A DNA stretch of 32,000 nucleotides from Halomicronema hongdechloris C2206 (GCF_002075285.3 NZ_CP021983.2:3750001-3782000); one strand, 5' to 3'; shown: positions 1-8,452, counted from the stretch's first letter. Notes: generated by a model not told the origin, from the sequence alone. Translations and numbers: made by a program.

Positions 1-2
1 TC

Positions 3-290
3 CAAGATGGGGGGGCTTACTTCACCGGGATCTGGCGCCAGGCGGAAGACAGCAGCCTTGCGGGGCAGCCCGAGATTTTGTTCCAGCTTTGCCAACGCGA
101 TCTCTCTGTCTCGGAGCTGGTTGAGGCCACTGGCCTGGCCCACCAGCAAGTCGAGGCTGCGCTTGCAACCTTGATCTCCCACGATGTGATTCATGCCACC
201 GCAGCCGGGCGCTATGCCTTTACTGTGGAACTGATGCGCCGGTGGGTGCAGCGACGCCTAAGGAGAATTCTGGGAAAGAAAATGCCTTGA
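3..290 (+). CDS. C-terminal fragment of a larger protein that enters from upstream of the window, with a winged-helix-like tail
   Basis: The frame is open from base 3. The ORF-track start at 78 is a TTG inside that open frame. The tail (LSVSELVEATGLAHQQVEAALATLISHDVI...YAFTVELMRRW) resembles a wHTH module. The product cannot be identified from this fragment. Confidence 0.4.
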   Translation, partial: QDGGAYFTGIWRQAEDSSLAGQPEILFQLCQRDLSVSELVEATGLAHQQVEAALATLISHDVIHATAAGRYAFTVELMRRWVQRRLRRILGKKMP

Positions 291-507
291 GCGCAGGGCC
301 TGCACCCTTGGGTAACAGCCCATAAAATGGGTAATTTTGTTTCCAGAGATCTTCTAAATGCTTAGACCTTTCAGAGCGATGACTACGACCATTGGCGGCT
401 GGCAACCTAACGCCAACGCCGTGAACTAGTGTCTTAGAACTGGGATAGAGGTGTGGTGATGGTGCAGACGGTCTCGATTGAGCAACTGACCCTGTAGTAG
501 CGTTGGC

Positions 508-918
508 CTATGTCCCCTGGCATACTAACACCACCAGCCAGAGGTTGTCCTGCAGGGTCAGGGCATCAATGCGCCCCTCCAGCACCGTGGGGCCTTCCTC
601 TGTGTCTGTTTCCAGGGCCAAGCGCATCCACTGTTCGCCCCGAATGCGGTAAGGGGGGTCGCACAGGCCCAGGGTATCCAGCAGCGGCGACACCATGATG
701 ATGTTCGCCGTCCCCTCGCTGATTTCGCCGTCTTCCAGGTAGTAGAGGTAGCGGTCTCTCAGATGGTCCAGCTCCGCCACTTCCACCGCCGTTAGCTGCG
801 GCAGGGTGTCACGCCATTCGGCACAAAACGGCTCATCCGTTGCCCGGCTCAGGTTGAAGCGTTCGTGGGCTTCCCGCAGGGTGGTGATGGCTTGGGTCAC
901 TGCAATTGTCGTCACCAT
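508..918 (-). CDS. Hypothetical protein of a cyanobacterial restriction-endonuclease-like family, apparently truncated at the 3' end
   Basis: The 136-aa ORF resembles, from memory, a cyanobacterial family often annotated as restriction endonuclease subunit R-like. The shared part includes F..W...LP......E...L......Y......E.....MVSPLL..LG and G.ID.L......LW.VV. The ORF ends (LWLVVLVCQGT) where family members carry the E-S-K nuclease motif, so the catalytic core seems lost. Confidence 0.45.
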   Translation of the reverse strand: MVTTIAVTQAITTLREAHERFNLSRATDEPFCAEWRDTLPQLTAVEVAELDHLRDRYLYYLEDGEISEGTANIIMVSPLLDTLGLCDPPYRIRGEQWMRLALETDTEEGPTVLEGRIDALTLQDNLWLVVLVCQGT

Positions 919-1080
919 TGTGTCGCTAACCTCCTACGCCTGCCGCTCTAGGCACCTTAAACTTCAGCTTATCCCGCCTGTCCCCCAGCTCCACAATGCC
1001 CTGGGTCACTGCCCGAGGGGTGTAGTATTCCCCCGTCGAGTTGGGGGACCCCAGTAGGTAGCCTTGATCACGTCAGTGCT

Positions 1081-1237
1081 CTCTGGCAGCAGCACCCCTA
1101 GGCCGACTCCCTGGAGAATCAGGCTGCGGGCGATGGTGACATAGTGGCGCAGCAGATGCAGCCAGGAAAGGCTACGAACAGGAAAGGCTGCGAAAGCAGG
1201 GGGCCTTGCTCTCAATCGGTGCGAGCGTCGCACCTAA
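1081..1237 (-). pseudogene. ABC-2 type transporter permease, 3'-terminal remnant (copy 1, frameshifted)
   Basis: The minus strand encodes GATLAPIES, then after a frame change SLSWLHLLRHYVTIARSLILQGVGLGVLLPE. This is the conserved C-terminal PIES...NPLRHY...R.....G motif block of ABC-2 permeases. No N-terminal 200 aa is present. It contains a small internal duplication (caggaaaggct x2). It is paralogous to 3339-3525. Confidence 0.6.
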
Positions 1238-1327
1238 GCGGTATCCCCATACCACGTTAAGATTCACCATAATCCTATCAACCGTTGAGGAGGGAGAAGT
1301 CATGATGGAAAGCGTTAGGTACTTGAC

Positions 1328-1657
1328 ATGATTCCTTTCAGCCAAATTCAAGCCTTTAGTCAACAGATCGCTGAAAGATTTGAACCAGAGCGAATTATTT
1401 TGTTTGGATCTTATGCCTGTGGAGAACCAAATAAAAATTCCGATGTTGATTTACTGGTGATTTTGCCCTTTGAAGAATTACCTGTGCACAAGGCCATTGA
1501 AATTCGGCAACGCGTTCCTGCCACTTTTCCGCTAGATCTTATTGCCAGAACTCCTGAGCAAATTCAACAGCGTTTGGAGATGGGAGATTTTTTCATTCAA
1601 GACATCTTGAACAATGGTCAGGTTCTCTATGAAGCCCATCATTCAAGAATGGATTAA
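1328..1657 (+). CDS. Nucleotidyltransferase-domain protein (MNT-type antitoxin of an MNT/HEPN pair)
   Basis: The 109-aa ORF has the classic minimal nucleotidyltransferase motif LFGSYACGEPNKNSDVDLLVI (GS-x9-DxD). It overlaps the start of a HEPN gene by 29 nt. Confidence 0.85.
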   Translation: MIPFSQIQAFSQQIAERFEPERIILFGSYACGEPNKNSDVDLLVILPFEELPVHKAIEIRQRVPATFPLDLIARTPEQIQQRLEMGDFFIQDILNNGQVLYEAHHSRMD

Positions 1658-1720
1658 CAAGGCCGAAGCCGATTTTGCAACGGCCCAGCGTGAATCACAA
1701 GTCACCCAAACACCTAACTA
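1629..1720 (+). pseudogene. HEPN-domain toxin gene, 5' fragment, cut off by the IS630 insertion
   Basis: The ATG at 1629 gives MKPIIQEWINKAEADFATAQRESQVTQTPNY. Reading stops being HEPN-like exactly at the IS end (1721). The frame continues at 2868. Confidence 0.7.
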
Positions 1721-1737
1721 TAGCAATCCCAGTTGAT

Positions 1738-2274
1738 TTATGAACAAGGTGAATATTCTTCTATTTTAGAAAAATCGAACTTTTGATGATCTATAAAGAA
1801 CTCAAACAGATACTTTACAGCGGGGAAAGAACGACACAACCTCCAAAATCTTCTCAATGAATTTTTGGCTTGTAACCAAACATCTTCCACTGGATTTTGT
1901 TCTGGTGAATTGGGTGCAAATAGAATACATTTGAATTGCCATTCTGTCTCTTCCTTCCCATGATTGACTGTAGCTAAAAAATCTTTGATCTCTTGTGACT
2001 TATGATAACTAGCGCCATCCCAAATTAATGCGATTTGCTTCCCAGGATTTTGTTCCTGCAAGTACTTCATAAAAGCAACTGTATTCTCTCCATTCCCTTT
2101 CTCGTAAGGATGCAAAATAAATTCTTTTGTTTGATAGTTTAATGCGCCATAATATGTTTGCCTGATTCTCTCGTTTGTAATAGGGATTTCGATTCGCATA
2201 TCTGTCTTGCCCCAGACATATCCACAAACATCACCCCAAAGGAGATGACACTCATCCAAAAAAAGTACAATCAA
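1738..2274 (-). CDS. IS630-family transposase, OrfB (DDE catalytic part), reached by a -1 frameshift from OrfA
   Basis: The DDE triad context is visible: LFLDECH, IWDGASYHKS and NSPEQNPVEDVW. The OrfB frame is open upstream to the A9 run and reads QKKREEIQGFIRQNQFKIESGELIVLFLDECH, which is -1 relative to OrfA. Confidence 0.8.
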   Translation of the reverse strand: MIVLFLDECHLLWGDVCGYVWGKTDMRIEIPITNERIRQTYYGALNYQTKEFILHPYEKGNGENTVAFMKYLQEQNPGKQIALIWDGASYHKSQEIKDFLATVNHGKEETEWQFKCILFAPNSPEQNPVEDVWLQAKNSLRRFWRLCRSFPAVKYLFEFFIDHQKFDFSKIEEYSPCS

Positions 2275-2855
2275 TTCCCCAGACTCAATTTTGAACTGGT
2301 TTTGACGGATAAATCCTTGGATTTCTTCTCTTTTTTTTTGACTAGAGCTGGATCAGATTTCGGGTTGGTTTTTTGAGATTTCTTCCAACTAATACCTGCT
2401 TCCGAAAAAAGTGTATAGTAGCTTTGCTTAGACTTGTAAATCACATCATAATGTTCATCTAAATATGAAACTAATTCATCAAAGTTCCAGTAGTTTCTGG
2501 TTCTCAGCCACGAGATAATTTCTGTACGATCATCTGGGGTTAGGTAACTTTTTGATCCTTGGTAGCCGAGTTTAATACCTTCAATGCCTTGTGCTTCGAA
2601 TCTGTTCTTCCAATATGTAATAAAAGACTTGTTTATTCCCAGAAATTTGGTAATCTTAAAATATGGCTCACCCTCCAATGCCATTTTTACAGCCAATGCT
2701 CGCTTAAGCTCTCTTGAATCAGGATTACTACTTATAAAGTCTGATAGAATAGCACGATTATCTACTTTTTGTTGGTGTTCTAATTGAAAACTATTCATGA
2801 GTACAACTGTATTGACAGCTTGATGATATTTATATACTACCCATTCTAAACTCAT
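2271..2855 (-). CDS. IS630-family transposase, OrfA (HTH DNA-binding part)
   Basis: The 194-aa ORF has helix-turn-helix regions typical of IS630/Tc1-mariner transposase N-termini (KITKFLGINKSFITYWKNRFEAQGIEGI). It ends just after an A9 run (plus-strand T9 at 2331-2339). An alternative start MNSFQ is at 2798. Confidence 0.8.
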   Translation of the reverse strand: MSLEWVVYKYHQAVNTVVLMNSFQLEHQQKVDNRAILSDFISSNPDSRELKRALAVKMALEGEPYFKITKFLGINKSFITYWKNRFEAQGIEGIKLGYQGSKSYLTPDDRTEIISWLRTRNYWNFDELVSYLDEHYDVIYKSKQSYYTLFSEAGISWKKSQKTNPKSDPALVKKKEKKSKDLSVKTSSKLSLGN

Positions 2856-2867
2856 TTAGGGTTGCTA

Positions 2868-3188
2868 TATGATGCGGTTTGCTTTCATAGCCAGCAGTGC
2901 ATAGAGAAATATCTAAAAGCTTGCTTACAAGAGGCTAATATTGCGTTTAGCAAAACCCATGATCTCGCTTCACTCTTGAATTTGCTTCTACCTATCAAAC
3001 CTGACTGGACTGGCTTGCGCCCCACTCTAGATGCTTTGACTGTCTATGCTGTGGAGTTCCGGTATCCCGGCATGGCCGCAACTCGGGAGATTGCCTACCA
3101 AGCCCTGCAAGATTGCATTCGGGTCCGGCAGATTTTGAGGCAGCATTTAGATTCGATCGACACCACAGATGAACCACAGGGCTCTTGA
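2868..3188 (+). pseudogene. HEPN-domain toxin gene, 3' fragment
   Basis: YDAVCFHSQQCIEKYLKACL...VEFRYPG...A matches the HEPN core. It joins in frame to the 5' fragment at 1720 once the IS is removed. Confidence 0.8.
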
Positions 3189-3338
3189 TATTGCTATAGC
3201 AGGGAGAGGTGTTTAACTTTTCGAGACGCGATATACCCAGACAAGTGCTACACGCAATTGCGGGGCGGGGCGGTCCCAACCCTCAAGCAGTCCCAATGTA
3301 GGCAGACCTCTGGCGGCCAATTCCCCAATCAGGTCAGA

Positions 3339-3525
3339 GCGGTGGATGCTGCCCCCCAGCAGCAGCACAGCAAACAGCAGCAGGGTGATCACCTCCGGCA
3401 GTAGGACCTCTAGGCCGCCCCCCTTGAGAATGAGGCTGCGGGCAATGGTGACATAGTGACGCAGCGGATTCAGCCAGGAAAGGCTGCGGGGGCCTGCTCT
3501 CGATGGGTGCGATCGCACCATTGGC
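3339..3525 (-). pseudogene. ABC-2 type transporter permease, 3'-terminal remnant (copy 2, frameshifted)
   Basis: It encodes GAIAPIESRPPQ, then after a frame change SLSWLNPLRHYVTIARSLILKGGGLEVLLPEVITLLLFAVLLLGGSIHR. It has the same 5' boundary as copy 1 (ggtgcgatcgcacc versus ggtgcgagcgtcgcacc). It starts immediately after the response-regulator stop codon. Confidence 0.6.
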
Positions 3526-3526
3526 C

Positions 3527-4234
3527 CTAGCCGCTGTCTTCAAACTTATAGCCGACGCCAATCACCGTCTTGATGAAACTGGGCTGGGAGGGATCCGGTT
3601 CGATCTTCTTGCGCAGGCGAGCGATATGGGTATCGACTACTCGCTCATCCCCGAAGAAATCATCCCCCCACAGCCGTTGGATCAACTGCTCCCGACTCCA
3701 GACCCGGCCAGGATAACTGAGGAAGCTGGCCAACAGATCGAACTCTAGGTTGGTTAAGTCCAGGGGAGGCTCTGACTCGCCATTGAGATGACGCTGGGCC
3801 TGATGCTGGTCCAGATCGAGGGTAAAGTGAGCGGTGCGATAGACCCGCGAGTCCCGCCCCGCCTGTCGCAGACTACGCCGCAGCAGCGCCCGCACCCGGG
3901 CCACCAATTCTCGAGGGCTAAAGGGTTTGACTAAATAGTCATCGGCCCCCGTAGACAGGCCGATGATGCGATCGATCTCTTCGCCCTTAGCCGTCAGCAT
4001 CAAGATGTAAGGATCCTGAGGCCCCGGCTGTTGACGAATGCGAGCACATACCTCCAGGCCATCGATGCCTGGTAGCATCAGGTCCAAGACGATCAAATCC
4101 GGGGGCTGCTGCCGGTATCGCTCCAGGGCCGAGAGACCATCGCGGCAAACCTGGCAGGTGAAGCCCTCCTTCTCCAGATAGAGCTGAATCAACTGGGCGA
4201 TATCGGCTTCGTCTTCAACAATGAGAATGTCCAT
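3527..4234 (-). CDS. OmpR-family two-component response regulator (receiver plus winged-helix DNA-binding domain)
   Basis: MDILIVEDE...DLIVLDLMLPGIDGLEV...LTAKG is a receiver domain with the phospho-acceptor Asp context. The C-terminus (LDLTNLEFDLL..FL..PGRVWSREQL...WG......RVVDTHIARLRKKIE...I.TV.GVGYKF) is an OmpR/PhoB wHTH. Confidence 0.9.
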   Translation of the reverse strand: MDILIVEDEADIAQLIQLYLEKEGFTCQVCRDGLSALERYRQQPPDLIVLDLMLPGIDGLEVCARIRQQPGPQDPYILMLTAKGEEIDRIIGLSTGADDYLVKPFSPRELVARVRALLRRSLRQAGRDSRVYRTAHFTLDLDQHQAQRHLNGESEPPLDLTNLEFDLLASFLSYPGRVWSREQLIQRLWGDDFFGDERVVDTHIARLRKKIEPDPSQPSFIKTVIGVGYKFEDSG

Positions 4235-4327
4235 GGCCCCAAAACGTTCCAGATTTGCGGTCTTGCACTAGCATACTCAGTGACGCCAACTTGTTTTGGT
4301 CTAGGCCGTTGAACTCAGTGATTCCCC

Positions 4328-6205
4328 ATGGCTGCCTCTACGTCTCCTGCCCCCAACTTCTTAGCGATGCTGACCCAGCAGGTACGGCAGCGGTTTCGGG
4401 GCACTGAGCTGGCTGCAGTCACCATTCGCAGCACCCTGCGTCAGGGGGAACTCCTGGTCCTATTAGATCGGCCTGCAGCGGTCGAGCTGCCTCAGGCTAC
4501 CCTGCTGACTCGACTACAGCAGGCTGTGCAAGACGTGCTGGAAGCCGAAGCGTTGCCGGTGACGATAGCAGCCCCAGACCAGGCCTTGCCGGTGCGACTC
4601 TATCTGCGGCAGCAGGGAGAGGCAAAACCCTACGCCAGCCAGAGATTTCACTGGAGTCCTGATGCGGCCTTGAGCGAGTTGGTCCAACCTACCGAGTCAG
4701 CAGCGGCAGAGACGGCGATTGAGGAGCCCTCGGTTGCTCCAGAGGCGGCGGCGGCGGCCACAGCGGCTGAACCGGCAGATGCCCCCGCGGCTGCAGAAGC
4801 TGCAGAAGCTGCGGCGGTCAGCGCCCCAGCTCCAGAAATATCCCCGCCAGAGCCATCTGAGGCAGCTGCTGATTCCAGCTCAGAACCGACTGCCCAGACA
4901 CCGCCCTGGCGTTGGTATGGTCTGGCGGCAGCGGGGTTGGTGCTGGTGGGCACCCTGGCCTATGGCCTCAGTCGCCCTTGTGTGGTGGGCGGATGCGCCC
5001 GCCTATCCCAAGCCGAGACCCTGGCCGATGATGCTCTGGCCCCGTTGGCGCAAAACCCGGGTCCGGCGGAGATCTTGCAGGCCCAGGCTGACCTAGACCA
5101 AGCCATGGCTCTGTTACAGCCAATCCCGCGTTGGTCTCCCCACTATGGGGCGGCCCAGGATCAGTTGGCCGAGTTTCAAGCCCCCTGGCAGGCCCTGGAT
5201 TGGATCATTCAAGCCCAACAGAAGGCCACCGAGGCGGCTCAGAAGAGTCAGAATCCGCCCCATCCAGTGCAACGCTGGGTAGAGGTGAGCATTCTCTGGC
5301 GACAGGCGATTAATTACCTAGAACAGGTGGCCCCGGACAGTCCGTTGGCGGAGTTGGCGGCGGATAAACTGAGGGAGTATCGCCGCAACCACGCCACCAT
5401 TCAAGGCCGCATCGACACGGAAGAGGCGGCCCAGGCCAATTTGAATGCGGCCCTGGAGAGTGCCGAATTGGCCAACCATCACACGGAGACCTCCCAGTCT
5501 CTGGGGGCGGTGCAACTGGCTGAGCGGGAATGGCAGAATGCCCTGCGCTCTCTGCGTTTAATTCCTCAGGGAACACAGGCCTACAGCGAGGCCCAACCCC
5601 TGCTGAGCCGCTATGAGCAGCAGTTGAGCCAGATTCGCGATCGCATCGCCCAAGAACAACTGGCCGACCAGGGCTATCGCCAGGCCATGGAAGCGGCCCA
5701 GCAGGCCCGCAGCTATGAGCAACAGCATCAGTGGACCCTGGCCGTCACCTCCTGGGAGCGAGCCGTTGCTGAAGCTCAGGCCGTGCCCAACAGCAGCTCC
5801 CTGGCCGAGGATGGCAGCAGCCTGGTGGCCCAGTATCGCCAAGCCCTGACCCAGGCCCGAGGGCAACTGGCCCGGGCCGTGGCCCTGCGGCAAATGGAAG
5901 CCGACCTGGCCCGCCTCTGTGCTGGGTCTCCAGCCCCCTGCCAATACAGCACCGACCAGAACCAAGTGCGGCTGATCCTGGCCCAGGGCTATGACCGGGT
6001 GATCTCCCAGACCATCACCCCGCCCGCCAACCGAGTGGATACGGGGGTATCTGCCGCAACCATTGCCGCTGGCCAGACCCTGATGGAGCAGATCATCAGC
6101 CTGGGCAACCAAAGCCAGCAGCCCATCGATCTCTATGACGCGGAGGAAGGGTTCATCGCCCGCTATCGCCCAGACCTGGGCGGGTTTGTGAAAAATCAGG
6201 GATAG
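4328..6205 (+). CDS. Hypothetical membrane-anchored protein with an Ala/Pro/Glu-rich linker and a long helical extracytoplasmic region
   Basis: The 625-aa ORF has a globular N-terminal region of about 110 aa, a low-complexity AAEAPE linker, and one predicted TM helix (WRWYGLAAAGLVLVGTLAYGL). About 400 aa of Q/A/E-rich helical repeats follow. It is divergent from the response regulator. I recognised no family. Confidence 0.55.
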   Translation: MAASTSPAPNFLAMLTQQVRQRFRGTELAAVTIRSTLRQGELLVLLDRPAAVELPQATLLTRLQQAVQDVLEAEALPVTIAAPDQALPVRLYLRQQGEAKPYASQRFHWSPDAALSELVQPTESAAAETAIEEPSVAPEAAAAATAAEPADAPAAAEAAEAAAVSAPAPEISPPEPSEAAADSSSEPTAQTPPWRWYGLAAAGLVLVGTLAYGLSRPCVVGGCARLSQAETLADDALAPLAQNPGPAEILQAQADLDQAMALLQPIPRWSPHYGAAQDQLAEFQAPWQALDWIIQAQQKATEAAQKSQNPPHPVQRWVEVSILWRQAINYLEQVAPDSPLAELAADKLREYRRNHATIQGRIDTEEAAQANLNAALESAELANHHTETSQSLGAVQLAEREWQNALRSLRLIPQGTQAYSEAQPLLSRYEQQLSQIRDRIAQEQLADQGYRQAMEAAQQARSYEQQHQWTLAVTSWERAVAEAQAVPNSSSLAEDGSSLVAQYRQALTQARGQLARAVALRQMEADLARLCAGSPAPCQYSTDQNQVRLILAQGYDRVISQTITPPANRVDTGVSAATIAAGQTLMEQIISLGNQSQQPIDLYDAEEGFIARYRPDLGGFVKNQG

Positions 6206-6985
6206 CTAGGGCAGGGTTAACTGGGCGGCAGCATTGAAGCACTGACGGCTGATGCCCCGGGTCACCAAGACCCCGGTCAGCAGGGTGGAGAAGGCCAACA
6301 TAAACATGATCAGCATTTGATAGACGGCGGCATTGAGGGGATCGATGCCGCTTAAGAGCTGGCCGGTGATGATGCCGGGCAGTTTGACGATGCCCACCAC
6401 CATCATGGAGTTGACCGTGGGAATCAGGCCGGCCTTGATGGCCTCGCGCCGGTAGCGATGGATGGCCTGGGTGGGGGTGGCCCCTAAGCTCAGGTGGGTT
6501 TCGATCTCGATGCGGCTAGACTGCAGGGTGCTGAGCAGCCGGTCGCCGGCAATGGCGGCGGCAGTCATGGCGTTGCCCAAGATAATGCCGGCCAGGGGAA
6601 TCACATAGCGAGGCTCGTACCAGGTCTCGGGTCGAATCACGACCCAGCTGGTATAGGTCAGGGTGAGGGCGGTGGTGGCCAACAGGGAACTCCAGAGCAG
6701 GGGCAATAGCCGGGGCAGGGTCTTGCTGATGCGATTGCGGGCCACCAGGGCGGCTACTGTCAGCATCACCAGCAGCACCGCCAGCACCGCCCAGGGATTG
6801 CGCCAGGCAAACACCACCGCCAGGAAATAACCCACCAGAAATAATTGCAGTACCGTGCGCAGGGTTGCGATCGCAAGGGTGCCCTGCACCCCCAATTGCT
6901 CCCAACTAGCCAGGCCAATGGCGACCGCGATCAGCCCCAACGCCCACAGCAGGCGCAGCGCATCTAATTCAATCAAGGCATCCAA
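6206..6985 (-). CDS. UPF0014 / FetB(YbbM)-like ABC-type permease
   Basis: This is a 259-aa polytopic membrane protein whose N-terminus and length are typical of the UPF0014 (iron-export FetB-like) family. No cognate ATPase gene lies adjacent. Confidence 0.7.
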   Translation of the reverse strand: MDALIELDALRLLWALGLIAVAIGLASWEQLGVQGTLAIATLRTVLQLFLVGYFLAVVFAWRNPWAVLAVLLVMLTVAALVARNRISKTLPRLLPLLWSSLLATTALTLTYTSWVVIRPETWYEPRYVIPLAGIILGNAMTAAAIAGDRLLSTLQSSRIEIETHLSLGATPTQAIHRYRREAIKAGLIPTVNSMMVVGIVKLPGIITGQLLSGIDPLNAAVYQMLIMFMLAFSTLLTGVLVTRGISRQCFNAAAQLTLP

Positions 6986-7318
6986 GCGGATCGGCTCCTA
7001 GGAATTGAGGGGACAATGTCGCCATTTTATAGCGCTGGCCAGTCAGCTTAGGACGTGGTTGATCGTCCAATAGCCTAGTCTAGGGGGCTGACTGGCTCGC
7101 CACCGCCCAAAGCAGGGTGGCGGTGGCGAGGAGAAACTCGGGGATGGATTTCTCCCTAGGGGTTCATCATTAGGAGCACATAGGCGAAGATAGACCAAGT
7201 CCCACTGGCAATCTCAAGCCTGCCGAGGGCAAGCGTCCCGGTTGGACCGAAGCGCAGTGGACCCCACAGTATCTAGCCCCCGAGTCCCTATCCAGTCACC
7301 CATTTCAGGTGTGAGCGA

Positions 7319-8452
7319 GTGCAGTCCATTCCCCCCTTAGACCTCACAGAGCAGTATGCCGCCATTGCTGCCGAGCTCAATGCTGCTGTACTGGAGGTAT
7401 TACAGTCAGGACGCTATATCAACGGCCCGGTGGTCGATGCCTTCGCCGAGGACTTTGCTCAGTACATTGGCACCCCAGAGTGCGTGGTGTGCAATTCCGG
7501 CACCGATGCCCTCTACCTGGCCCTGCGGGTCCTCGACATCGGCCCCGGTGATGAGGTGATTACATCGCCCTTCACCTTCATCGCCACCGCCGAAACCATC
7601 AGCGCCGTGGGGGCCACCCCGGTCTTCGTCGATATCGAGCCCGATAGCTTCAACCTCGATCCCGAGTTGATTGAGGCCGTCATCAGCCCCCGCAGCCGAG
7701 CCATCATGCCGGTGCATCTGTTCGGGCGACCGGCGGATATGAGCCGCATCAATGCGATCGCAACCGCCCATCGGCTCTACGTGATCGAAGACTGTGCCCA
7801 AGCCACCGGCGCCCAATGGCAGGGACAAAAAGTCGGCAGCCTGGGCCATGTCGGCTGTTTTAGCTTCTTCCCCAGCAAAAATCTAGGGGCCTGTGGCGAT
7901 GGCGGTGCCCTCACCACCGCCGATCCCGCCATTGCCGCCACCGCTCGCATGCTGCGGGAACACGGCAGTCGAGAACGGTACTATCACGAAGCCATCGGCA
8001 TCAACAGCCGCCTCGATGCCCTGCAGGCGGCTATCCTACGCATTAAGCTCCAGCATCTAGACCGCTGGAATGCCCGCCGAGCCGCCATTGCCGATGAATA
8101 TCAGCGTCTGCTGGCCCCCATTGACCAGGTGATCCCACCAACGGCGCCCCAGGCTGGCCAGAGTGTCTGGAATCAATACACAATACGCCTGAGCGCGGCT
8201 GCCAGCGACGATGACCTGCGGCAACGGGTGCGGCAGCAGCTGCAACAGCACGGCGTCAACACCATGATCTATTACCCGCTGCCCCTGCACCAACAACAGG
8301 TCTATGCGGCCCTGGGCTATGGCCCCGGCAGCTTCCCCGTGGCAGAGCAGACCGCCCGCCAGGTGTTATCCCTGCCGATGTTTCCAGAATTGCTGCCAGA
8401 GCAACAGGCGCGAGTAGTCTATAGCCTTAAGGATGCCTTGCTGCAGCGATAG
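7319..8452 (+). CDS. DegT/DnrJ/EryC1/StrS-family PLP-dependent sugar aminotransferase
   Basis: Family hallmarks are present: NSGTDALYLALR..DIGPGDEVITSPFTFIATAE, DCAQATGA and FSFFPSKNLGACGDGGA (the PLP-Lys is in SKNLG). It has a GTG start. Confidence 0.9.
   Translation: MQSIPPLDLTEQYAAIAAELNAAVLEVLQSGRYINGPVVDAFAEDFAQYIGTPECVVCNSGTDALYLALRVLDIGPGDEVITSPFTFIATAETISAVGATPVFVDIEPDSFNLDPELIEAVISPRSRAIMPVHLFGRPADMSRINAIATAHRLYVIEDCAQATGAQWQGQKVGSLGHVGCFSFFPSKNLGACGDGGALTTADPAIAATARMLREHGSRERYYHEAIGINSRLDALQAAILRIKLQHLDRWNARRAAIADEYQRLLAPIDQVIPPTAPQAGQSVWNQYTIRLSAAASDDDLRQRVRQQLQQHGVNTMIYYPLPLHQQQVYAALGYGPGSFPVAEQTARQVLSLPMFPELLPEQQARVVYSLKDALLQR

Larger units (their letters stand above)
1721..2867 (-). 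mobile_element. IS630-family insertion sequence (1147 bp), apparently complete
   Basis: The terminal inverted repeats are TAGCAATCCCA (1721-1731) and the reverse complement of 2857-2867, TAGCAACCCTA. The TA target duplication is at 1719-1720 and 2868-2869. Removing the element and one TA restores CCT AAC TAT GAT GCG (P N Y D A) of the HEPN gene. It is very AT-rich compared with its flanks. It encodes HTH and DDE transposase halves. Confidence 0.85.

Noticed and set aside
220-405. The 61-aa minus-strand ORF (…SERSKHLEDLWKQNYPFYGLLPKG…), considered as a transposase tail fragment.
   Set aside because: I could not match it to any transposase family motif with confidence. It overlaps the 3' end of the 3-290 ORF. 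I leave it unannotated.
4648-6112. ORFs at 4648-4953(-), 4719-5096(+), 5310-5576(-) and 5558-6112(-), inside the 4328-6205 gene.
   Set aside because: These are the same GC-rich shadow-ORF artefact. The translations are Arg/Pro/Gly-rich with no start context, and they are fully nested in a better-supported ORF.
7081-7318. Possible tmRNA or other structured RNA, because of GGGGCTGA at 7084 followed by a strong hairpin.
   Set aside because: There is no tRNA-like T-arm (GGTTCGAATCC-type), no 3' CCA-acceptor pairing and no tag-peptide reading frame. The resemblance is limited to 8 nt.
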